Positions 45,240-54,700 of a DNA stretch of 64,000 bases are shown in pieces. The position numbers and the translations under genes are program-made. The notes beneath the pieces are model-generated. The model was not told where the DNA came from. It saw only the letters and a program-made list of their open reading frames with translations, and did not search any database. The stretch lies in the IMG/VR virus record IMGVR_UViG_3300009104_001476. The stretch is one strand, 5' to 3'. Numbering within the stretch: position 1 is the first letter of the stretch; each line of letters starts with the position of its first letter. Source of the DNA: a virus.

Positions 45240-46757
45240 ATGAAAGATTTTAAATTTAAGACAATTTTTAGTTCTGAGGTCAAGCCTTTGGTCTCTGAGG
45301 AGAAAGATGCTTATTTGGCTTTAGCTGCATTGTCTAACATCGGAGACTTAGTCCCAGACGTAGACACTAATAAAAATATAGATTTACTACCCGTAGCATT
45401 TAACGCTTTTGTAGCTAACAGAGTTAATAAAAATCATGACGTTATCAACACTGAGGCTGCTTTATCCATAGCTCATCATTTCGTAAATAAACCTATTAAT
45501 ATTGAACACAGTAGAGAGAAGGTTATTGGTACTATCCTAACAGCAGGTTATAGTGAGTTCGGAACAGACAAGCCTCTTACCGAAGAAGAGGTCAAAGATA
45601 TGAAGGGCCCCTTCAACGTAACCTTGGGTGGGGTTATTTGGAAAACTGTTAATGAGGAGGTTGCGGCTTTGATTGAAGATTCTAGTGATCCTACTAGCGA
45701 AAATTATCTTAAGGTGTCGGCTAGTTGGGAGCTAGGTTTTTCTGATTACCAATTAGTAATGATGAGCTCCGAAGATAAGAATATAGAGAATGGCGAATTT
45801 ATAACGAATCCAAATATTATCGAAGAGTTGGAAAAAAATTTAAAGAGTTTTGGTGGCGACGGTCTGACCGAAGATGGGAAATTCATATATAGACATGTAA
45901 TTGGCGAGATTGTTCCGCTAGGTATTGGTCTAACTGAAAGCCCAGCTGCTGAAGTAAAGGGCATTGTCACCAAAAGGGCAGAAGCCAAAAATGTTGTGGA
46001 AGAGGAAAAGTCTCCCGTGGAGATCGGATCCGAAAGTATTTCACATGAAAAAGAAAAAAATGTAAAAAATAAATACATATCGAGAGATAAAATCATGAAA
46101 ATTAATAGCATTAATGACATCACGGAAGATTCCATGAAAGAAATGTCTGCTTCTGCTATATCGGATTTCATCCGAAAAGAGCTCGAGGACGCCTCCGAGA
46201 AATTTTCTGCTGAGAAGCAGGGAGTGGAAACTGCTCTTAAGGACGCCGAGGAGAAGCACGAGACTCTTTCAAAGGATCACGAAGAACTAAAAAATAATAT
46301 GAAAACTATCCAAGACGAACTAGAAGTTCTTAAAGCTGAAAAGCTTGAGAAAGAACGTCAGGAAGCTTTCAATACCCGCATGGCCTCTTTAGACGAAGAG
46401 TACGAACTTAGCGATGAAGATCGTGAAGTGATCGCTTCGGACATTAAGGACATGAATGAAGAGACTTTTGAGGCTTATTCTAACAAGATGGCCGTTTTAC
46501 TTTCTGCAAAGAATCGTAAGGCTATTGCTGAAGAAGCTTCTCAGAAAGCTGAAGAAGAAGCGAAAGCTTCCGAAGCAGAAGAAAAAAATCTAGCTGAGGC
46601 TGAAACCGCTACCGAAGAGGTAGTCGAAGAAGTTTTAGAAGAAACTGAGCTTAAAACTGAGGTGCCCGTTAGCACTGCTGCCAACGAGCCGACCGTATAC
46701 GAAAAGTATAAGGCCGCGTTCGATATGGACGGTTTTGAGTTTAAATCACATCGTTAA
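45240..46757 (+). CDS. prohead protease fused to coiled-coil scaffold (probable)
   Basis: NKPINIEH (His) and VSASWEL (Ser); acidic coiled-coil C-half; lies upstream of the capsid genes. Confidence 0.75.
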   Translation: MKDFKFKTIFSSEVKPLVSEEKDAYLALAALSNIGDLVPDVDTNKNIDLLPVAFNAFVANRVNKNHDVINTEAALSIAHHFVNKPINIEHSREKVIGTILTAGYSEFGTDKPLTEEEVKDMKGPFNVTLGGVIWKTVNEEVAALIEDSSDPTSENYLKVSASWELGFSDYQLVMMSSEDKNIENGEFITNPNIIEELEKNLKSFGGDGLTEDGKFIYRHVIGEIVPLGIGLTESPAAEVKGIVTKRAEAKNVVEEEKSPVEIGSESISHEKEKNVKNKYISRDKIMKINSINDITEDSMKEMSASAISDFIRKELEDASEKFSAEKQGVETALKDAEEKHETLSKDHEELKNNMKTIQDELEVLKAEKLEKERQEAFNTRMASLDEEYELSDEDREVIASDIKDMNEETFEAYSNKMAVLLSAKNRKAIAEEASQKAEEEAKASEAEEKNLAEAETATEEVVEEVLEETELKTEVPVSTAANEPTVYEKYKAAFDMDGFEFKSHR

Positions 46758-46799
46758 AATTTTATGTTTAACTAAAATTATTAAAGGAAAAAAAATATT

Positions 46800-47363
46800 A
46801 TGGCACAATTATTACCATTTAGAGACTACGACGAGCACGACGTTATCAACCTTTTTGCGTTCGATTACGCCGGGACAACTGTCACTAAGGGCGCTCTTGT
46901 GAAGATTAAATCTAGTGCTGGGTGGAATGTCGCTCAGGAACTTGATCAGTCTAATAGCATGGTTGGCTTTAGCTTAAACAATGTAGTGAGCGATCGCTAT
47001 GCTGTGCAAGCTAGAGTGGATCTTGCTGGTTCAGGCGATAATCCTCTCGGGATGATGCTCTATGATGTAGCAGAAACTGATGAAAATGGCGAAAAGCTTA
47101 TTTATAACCCACGTAAAGCTGCCGAGATGCAGACTACCGTTAGCGGTCAAGCAGTACCAATTCTTACCAAGGGCATCGTCCTTGTTAATGGAGTTGACGG
47201 AACTGTTGCCGAAGGCGGATTAGCCTACTGCGGAACCGGTTCAGCAGACGGTGGAATCACTGCCACCGCTGGTGGAACTAAAAAGAAGATCGGTCGGTTC
47301 TTAGGAACTACCGGAGCGAATGGTGAGGTTCTGCTTCACTTAGACGTCAATATCGATCTCTAA
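46800..47363 (+). CDS. head decoration/cement protein (probable)
   Basis: Position before the capsid gene; Gly-rich beta pattern. Confidence 0.6.
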   Translation: MAQLLPFRDYDEHDVINLFAFDYAGTTVTKGALVKIKSSAGWNVAQELDQSNSMVGFSLNNVVSDRYAVQARVDLAGSGDNPLGMMLYDVAETDENGEKLIYNPRKAAEMQTTVSGQAVPILTKGIVLVNGVDGTVAEGGLAYCGTGSADGGITATAGGTKKKIGRFLGTTGANGEVLLHLDVNIDL

Positions 47364-47390
47364 TATCATTATTATAAAGGAATTAATCTA

Positions 47391-48524
47391 ATGAAATTAA
47401 AATTAAAAAACACACCTGAACAGGTTGAATTAGTTAAGGCTCTTGGTTCTAAGGATGCGGCTGTGGCAAGGGAAGCTCAAGAAGCTTTCGCTGCCTTTAT
47501 CGGTCCTGTTATCCAAAAGGTTATCAAGCAGTCTGCTACCGCTGGTTTAGTCTACACAGATGTCTCTTATGATGAAGACGATAGTCCAAGCTACCCGTTA
47601 GACTTGTACTATGATCAATCCGCTGGTCATGTGACTGTATGGTCACAAAGCATGGCTGGAGGTTTACCGACCTCGCTGACTGAGGGCGTTAAAGAGCTTA
47701 AAATCTCTACTTACAGACTTGACGCAGCTATTTCTTGGCTTAAGAAGTATGCTCGCAGAGCTCGTTTGGACGTAGTTAGTAAAGCTCTTGAGCGTATGTC
47801 TCAGGAAGTTTTGTTGAAGCAAGAGCGTAACGCTTGGGCTGTCATTTTGAAAGCTCTAGGCAACTCTAGTTCAACTAACTCTGTTGCAGCTAACAATGGT
47901 CACATTCTAGCTACCAATCAAGAAAGCAAGTTCTCTGTTGCTGACATCAGTCGCCTGATGACTCACATGAAGAGAATTAGCGCTTCTTTTGCTAATGGTA
48001 CTGCTGATCCTTCTGACTCTTTTGGTCTTACTGACCTATATGTGAGTCCTGAGGTTCTTGAGCAGATCCGTGGCTTCGCTTACAATCCGCTGAACACTGA
48101 AGGTTCTTCCGTTGGTGTTATGGGTCTTCCCGATGGCGTACGTGAAGGAGTATGGCGTGGTGCAGGAATGAGCGAGATCTATGGCGTGGCTATTCATGAT
48201 CTAGTGGAGCTTGGCTCGAGCAAGAAGTATAATACCTTGTTCAGCACCTTCGCTCAGAACGGAATCGCCCACACGTCTGGTACCGCAATTGGTGCTCAAA
48301 GCACTAACTTTGCTGACGCCGCTGACGAGATCTTGATCGGTATCGACGCATCTAAGGAAGCCTTCATTCGCCCTGTGGCAATGAATGCCGACAATGGTGC
48401 AACCTTTACCGCACTTCCCGACGACCAATTCGCCCAAAGAGCCGACAAGGTTGGCTTCTATGGCGCTATGGAAGAGGGTCGTGTTTGCATCGATGCGAGA
48501 GCTTGTGCAGGCTTGGTCATGTAA
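47391..48524 (+). CDS. major capsid protein (probable)
   Basis: 377 aa, third gene of the protease-decoration-capsid order, followed by a strong terminator. Confidence 0.78.
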   Translation: MKLKLKNTPEQVELVKALGSKDAAVAREAQEAFAAFIGPVIQKVIKQSATAGLVYTDVSYDEDDSPSYPLDLYYDQSAGHVTVWSQSMAGGLPTSLTEGVKELKISTYRLDAAISWLKKYARRARLDVVSKALERMSQEVLLKQERNAWAVILKALGNSSSTNSVAANNGHILATNQESKFSVADISRLMTHMKRISASFANGTADPSDSFGLTDLYVSPEVLEQIRGFAYNPLNTEGSSVGVMGLPDGVREGVWRGAGMSEIYGVAIHDLVELGSSKKYNTLFSTFAQNGIAHTSGTAIGAQSTNFADAADEILIGIDASKEAFIRPVAMNADNGATFTALPDDQFAQRADKVGFYGAMEEGRVCIDARACAGLVM

Positions 48525-48545
48525 GTTGACAACATTCTCAAACAC

Positions 48546-48578
48546 ACTCGGGGCTTCGGCCCCGAGTTTTTTTTTATT
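48546..48578 (+). terminator. intrinsic terminator
   Basis: ACTCGGGC-TTCG-GCCCGAGT followed by a long T-run. Confidence 0.9.
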
Positions 48579-48633
48579 TTAGGGCTTGGCCCTGTATTAT
48601 GTGTAAAATATTGAGTAAGGTATAAGGTTTTTA

Positions 48634-50076
48634 ATGATGAAATATAGCGTTCCCAGTCATGACGAAGAATATCCAAAACGGCAAGAATCTAGGCAAATAG
48701 GTGTCCCCGGACAAGAGAAAGTAGAGGTTCTTGCTGATGGAACGATAAAGGCTAAAGCTTTTGTAGATAAAGACCATCAAGATCTAGACTATAATTTTGA
48801 CGAAGAAAAACAAGCTCCCTTTTTTCAAAAAAATATAAACGACTCCTTAAAAATCAAATTTGTTCCAAAATCATTTAACGTCTATTATAAGGCTACATGT
48901 AAAAAGATTTTTTCTATAATTAATAGTTTCGGAAAATTCATTAACAGGGTTAAAGAAATTCCTCTCGCTGGGATGGGGCGATACAAACACGCTCATCGTC
49001 TAATACGTAGGGGCATTAAAAAACTTCTTAAAGACAATAAAAGATATATTTTTACAAAAAACGATGTGGGGCGTGGCCCAACAGCAATCCCTTACGTAGA
49101 AAGTAAAACTTTTGGACCTTACAATTATCCAGTTAAATTAAAAGCTAGCTCTGATATAGATTTTATAAGAGACATCATATTAATTAAGACTGGAGGTTTT
49201 ACCGATAGCTCTTCTCCCAACTATGACTCCACGCAAACAGAGGTCGTTTACGTTAGCCCTCATATAGAAAAAAGTTTTTCCGGAGTTTTCCATACCAGTA
49301 CTGGTATCAATTTAAATGGAGACAATAGCATCCAAACTGGACTCGGTTTGGATGATGGCATATCTAGTGGAGTGAGCATTAATCTTTTGTCTTCCGAAGA
49401 TTTTTCAATCCCTAGCGGCTCTTATTTAAGCGGTAGTGGAGCTTACAATCATTATATTTCTAGCGATGCAAATTCTGCTCCTTCTCTACATGTAGAAACA
49501 AACGCTCCATCAAACACCTTATTTAAAGAGTATAACCTAAGTAAGAGAAATTTAAGATTTTCTTCTGATCATTGGGATGGAGTAATTCCAAGCGGAGCTT
49601 GGTTCTCTATAGAGTCTTGGTGTTATAACGATAAATACGTAGGGTTTGATGGTCAAATCGATATAGAACCCGTAGATCAATCCTTAGGGGTTACAATGAA
49701 CGAAACCGTGATAGGTAAAGCAGAAGATTCTCGAGGTTACGCAGAAGCTTATTCAACAGCTGAAAAAAAAGCAGAAAAAGTTTTCTATAAAAAGTTAAAT
49801 AAAAAACTTATGGATAACGGTTTAAAAAACAAAAAGTCAAGATACAAAAAATACGAATACATGATTTACAAAAGCGCTCAAGGTTACTTCGATAAAGAGG
49901 ACCATCAACAGACAAAAGATTACGATTTAAAAAAATCAGCAAACCCGACAGGAGAGAGCTTTGTTTACGTAACGCAAGATCAAAAAACCTCCAGTCACAC
50001 GAATACGAACCGACCAGCTGGCGGTAGCTCTAGTGGTAGCTCCAGTAGTAACTCTGGCGGCAACTCAGGTTATTAA
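48634..50076 (+). CDS. hypothetical virion-associated protein
   Basis: Long ORF in the structural block. Confidence 0.6.
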   Translation: MMKYSVPSHDEEYPKRQESRQIGVPGQEKVEVLADGTIKAKAFVDKDHQDLDYNFDEEKQAPFFQKNINDSLKIKFVPKSFNVYYKATCKKIFSIINSFGKFINRVKEIPLAGMGRYKHAHRLIRRGIKKLLKDNKRYIFTKNDVGRGPTAIPYVESKTFGPYNYPVKLKASSDIDFIRDIILIKTGGFTDSSSPNYDSTQTEVVYVSPHIEKSFSGVFHTSTGINLNGDNSIQTGLGLDDGISSGVSINLLSSEDFSIPSGSYLSGSGAYNHYISSDANSAPSLHVETNAPSNTLFKEYNLSKRNLRFSSDHWDGVIPSGAWFSIESWCYNDKYVGFDGQIDIEPVDQSLGVTMNETVIGKAEDSRGYAEAYSTAEKKAEKVFYKKLNKKLMDNGLKNKKSRYKKYEYMIYKSAQGYFDKEDHQQTKDYDLKKSANPTGESFVYVTQDQKTSSHTNTNRPAGGSSSGSSSSNSGGNSGY

Positions 50077-50087
50077 GAGGACTTTAG

Positions 50088-51719
50088 ATGAAGTATTATA
50101 ATAAAATCAATAGAAATTTAAAAGTGAGAGCTAGACTCTATTTTAATCAATTGTCTCACAATAGAGTTTTAGATACTACCCCAAGATATTTCGTAAAGAT
50201 AGACTCTTTAAAATCTTTAGAAAGAATCGGGTTCACTCAAAAATCTGAGAATAATCAATACGTTAGGTACGCTTCGAATTTTTATGGAGCTAAGAAAGAA
50301 GAATATTTAAGCCAAAAACAGGTTGAGAACATTTTATTAGATTTAAACTCGAAAGCTCCTTACGGTTATAATACTGGAATATCTGGAAGCTTACAAGCCT
50401 ATAATGATGAAGTAAAATTTAATTCATCTTACCAATCATTTTATAATAATTTTTGGAACGATAATTTAAGTAGGGTTACAGCAGACGCTTCTGAGCAATA
50501 TCCATATATGGAAGTAGAATTAAACGAAGTGATTAAAAGTAAATTTTTAGTAAAAGAGCCCGCTTCCTATGCTGATTATTCACCGCCAGTATCAGAAGAT
50601 GACGCTTCGTATTATAATCCTAACCTTTCAATAGGGACATATTCTTGTGACGAAAATACCAATATAGTAGTTACGACAGGGGTAAGCCCTTTCAGTTTTT
50701 ATGGTTTTGTCGTAGACGGAATACACAGAACTTCTTTAAATTTAGGAAGAAATAAACAATATACATTTACTAATACTAATTTATTTCATCAAGAATCATG
50801 TCAAACTGGAGTTTTGCCTTTTAGGATCTCAGAGGGGTCTTCTGACGGGGTTTTAAACGGCGGGAGTACTTATACCTCTGGAGTAAACGTTAGTGGCGCG
50901 GGTACCTTAACAGGGGCAGAAGTGCTGGTCCTTACTACTGATGAAAATACTCCAAATTCATTAGGTTATCATTCTCCTTTATATCCTGATATGGGAGCAA
51001 ATATAGCTATCTTAGATGGTTGTAGTGGGGTTGCAGGAAGCGTTACTCATCCTTCTTTCACTCCTTACGCAATTTGGAATAGCGGGACGGTGCCCTCAAC
51101 GGATTCTTCTAAAAGGACTGTAGCTTCAACCGGTAATCCAAATCATTGTACGCACAATAGTTCTAGAGGGTGGACTGGTTATCCAAACATGGATTCTACT
51201 CATGGGATATCAGGACAATCCTATGAATGGGAAATACCTTTAAACCCAGTCCTTCCAGCGAGCGGTCAAAATTCAAGAGTTCCGCTAGGCGCTATAGGAG
51301 TTGCGCTCAACGGCTTACCGTTACATAACGCTTACGATCTTTCTGGGAACGATTTAGTTAATTCAGAATTTAAGGATAATTGTAATGGTTTTGTTAGTTT
51401 CGGTAAGTATATGTATCGTCAAGATCCCATATGTACATATGTTGATGTTTCCGGAGAGCATTCTCCTATAGTTGGTTATGCTTTTGATGGTTATCCTATT
51501 TACGGATCGAGAGACGAAAGCGGAATACATATCGATGAAGACGATTTAGACATGTTCCATGGTCATAATCAAGAAGGTAGGGGTTACCATTATCATGTAA
51601 CAACGGGAGCTCCTTATGTTTTAGGCGCATATTATAAAGGGGTTCCAACTTCTGGTAATTTTGAGGATACGAATTCTCCTGCTATTACTGGATATCCTAT
51701 TAAATATAGAAGCCTTTAA
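50088..51719 (+). CDS. YHYH-domain protein with cupredoxin-like module
   Basis: GAIGVALNG, DNCNG, HSPIVGYAFDGYPIYG and YHYH motifs. Confidence 0.8.
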   Translation: MKYYNKINRNLKVRARLYFNQLSHNRVLDTTPRYFVKIDSLKSLERIGFTQKSENNQYVRYASNFYGAKKEEYLSQKQVENILLDLNSKAPYGYNTGISGSLQAYNDEVKFNSSYQSFYNNFWNDNLSRVTADASEQYPYMEVELNEVIKSKFLVKEPASYADYSPPVSEDDASYYNPNLSIGTYSCDENTNIVVTTGVSPFSFYGFVVDGIHRTSLNLGRNKQYTFTNTNLFHQESCQTGVLPFRISEGSSDGVLNGGSTYTSGVNVSGAGTLTGAEVLVLTTDENTPNSLGYHSPLYPDMGANIAILDGCSGVAGSVTHPSFTPYAIWNSGTVPSTDSSKRTVASTGNPNHCTHNSSRGWTGYPNMDSTHGISGQSYEWEIPLNPVLPASGQNSRVPLGAIGVALNGLPLHNAYDLSGNDLVNSEFKDNCNGFVSFGKYMYRQDPICTYVDVSGEHSPIVGYAFDGYPIYGSRDESGIHIDEDDLDMFHGHNQEGRGYHYHVTTGAPYVLGAYYKGVPTSGNFEDTNSPAITGYPIKYRSL

Positions 51720-51724
51720 CATAA

Positions 51725-54700
51725 ATGATTAGTAATGTAAACATTCAAAGTGAATCGATTACAGACATTCTTAGCGCTCCTCTGGGTGTTCATTATGTTA
51801 TATACTGTGTTTATTTTTGCAATAAATCAGACACCAAAGAAGAAACGGTTACGATCCATTTAGCTGACGGATCGACAAGCTCTTTTAATTCAGAGACAAC
51901 TATACTTAAGGAAGTAATTATCCCCCCGGGGGAGACTTTCGTTTTAGGATCTTCTAAGAAGCTTTCTAACGTTGTTCATTACATGAAAAAAAGAGGAATT
52001 GAAGAAAACAAAATATATTTAAACCCGGGTGAGACTTTGGCCGCCTCCTCTTCTGGCCTTAACGTTGTAGCTTCTCCTATTTATTATAAGTTTGGTGAGG
52101 AAGAAAGGGATAATCCGATAGAAAGCCCTACTCCCACGCCTTCTGTGACCCCTAGCTCTGGAGTAATAAGCGAGTTTTGTCCTTGTAATCGTAATCCAAA
52201 TGATCAATATCAATATTCTGATTATGCTCATGTGAATACAGGAAATAATTTTTTCCTAGTCCCTTATAATGATACTATTTCTCCTCATGCAACCTCAGGT
52301 AAAACTATATTTAAAGCAGGGGATTGTATTTGGTATAAAACCCGTCCTTTTGGAACAATTGAACATCAAACACCTACATGGATCAATAAAGTTGGAAGAG
52401 TTGAAGGCCCTGTGTATCATGGAAACGATCCTTATTATAAAATAATTTTATATGAAAGACTTCCAGAGAGATTAGTAGTCGGAACTCAAATTTATAGATG
52501 TGACTCTTCGGTTCACGGGCTTACCCCAACCCCGACAAGCTCTATTACTCCCACGCCTTCTGTAACGCCCTCAAAAGTAACCCCGAGTGCAACCCCTACA
52601 AATAGTACGACCCCGAGCGCGACTCCGAGCGTGACTCCAAGCAATACTCCTACTAATAGTAGAACCCCAACTACAACACCAACTCCTACAGCATCTGAAC
52701 CGGTTCTCGGATGCGAAATTGAAGTAAGCGGTGCTCCTATCTCAATTATTAATGGGCTATACGAGCCAGCTGGTACACATAACGTATGGGGGTCAACTAG
52801 AACCTATTATCGCCAAGTTTGGCCCGAGAACACCCCCTCCAAGGCTGGAGCGCACGAATCTCGTTACTTTAAAATGTGGCACGATTCCGTTCGGTGGATT
52901 GTCGGTCGATTTCTGGGTACACCGGGGTTGGGAAACGAATGGATCCAATCCCAAGATACGCAAGCTGTACATCCTTGGAGCGCGCCTTGGGGGCATTCAT
53001 ACCCTCTGCCTTCTTGGGGCACCTCTGTATCGCAAGTTATCTGTCCAACCCCGAGCGTGACCCCAAGCGTGACCCCGACCAATACCCCTACGAATAGCGT
53101 TACTCCGAGTAATACTCCGAGCGTTAGCCTAAGCAGTAGCCCGGGTAGTTCCCCAAGTAATACCCCGAGTAATACTCCAAGTAATACTCCAAGTAATACT
53201 CCAAGTAATACTCCAAGCAATACCCCGAGTAATACTCCAAGTAGTACCCCGAGTATAACGCCTACGTCTTCTATGACTCTTTGTTCTTGCACTACTGCTG
53301 CATGGCACCCTGACTCGTCTATAGCAGATCCAGCACCTCATGATTTGTACGAAGCCGCCTCTGGAAATTCCGGCTCCCATACGATCGAAATGCCGTGGGG
53401 CACGGTAGCAGCACCGGGGCACGTCCATCCAGTTTTAAAAGAAGGGGATTGTGTTTATTTCCGTCAGCCAAGCGGGCCGAACCCTAATGGTAGGTTTGGT
53501 AACGGTCCATTTTATTTTCGTAAAATTATTAGTCGAAGTAATCCTGATCCCCACGGCCAAGGCGGTTATCGGACTTTTACAATAGACGCTCCTCTCCCGT
53601 TTAATCTTTGGAACTCCGGGTGGGGGACTCAAGTCCATTTATGCGGTTCGTCTACACTCGTGCCCACCCCGACGCCTAGCCCGACTCCTCCTCCTACCCC
53701 GAGCACTGTTCCGCCGTCTAATTGTGACCCATTTGCTAGTTATGTTACTATCGCTATCGATAATGATCAACCTTCAACTTGGGGTCCGGGAAAACTTAAT
53801 GATCTTACAGGAAATAATACTGTCTATGATGCAAGCGTCGGTAGATGGTTTCCTGCGGGCGACACTCTGGGTAGCTTCACGCGGAAAGACTTTACTATAG
53901 AAGCGGTGGTTAAAAATCCCGCTTCGGGTAACGGGATTTTAAGTCAATGGTATAGTCGTGAACAAACTGGAAACTGTTTTATAATGTATTTCTATCCTTG
54001 GCCACGCCTATGGGTTGAAACACCTTTTGGTCTTATCCAAGGGAAAACCGACTTTTCCGGAGGGGGGGAATTCCACATAGTCCTGAACAGGTCAGGGCAA
54101 AATATTGATCTCTTTGTCAATGGGGAATTAGATACTCATCTAGAAAGGTCTCGGTCTTATCCATGGCCGGCGTGTGATAGTAATTATAGAGCGAGCATTG
54201 GTGGGTTTGGTCGTAACGAGGAAAATAACACCGTTTGGGGGAACGGTGACCCCGTGACTAAACTAAGGGTGACAAAGGGTGTCGCAAGGTATGATCTTAA
54301 TAACATCAAAGCTGGATCTTTAGAATTCTTAACAAGGCCTATATCGGTTAAGTCTTGCGATGGGACGGTAGAGGGAGTGGATTGTGGTGTTTTCGAACAT
54401 ACCGCAACAAAAACATTGTATACGTTGAGTAATAGCAGTTTTAATTATGACACTTTGTCTGAGTATAATTCACGTCGGGATGCTGATGTGCAAAGTGATA
54501 TGCCAGCGGGGTGGGAGCCTGCAGATTGGTCAGATTTTGCGAGTTTTACTAAACAAGATTTTATAAATTTGATAAACGTTATAGGCCCCTGTCATTCAAA
54601 CGACCCCATGGATTATGAAGCCGCTGTTAATACGGTCGGTAGTGACTACGAATGGAATTTGGGGTGGGTAGGAAAATGTTCTACAGCTAATAGCCAGTTC

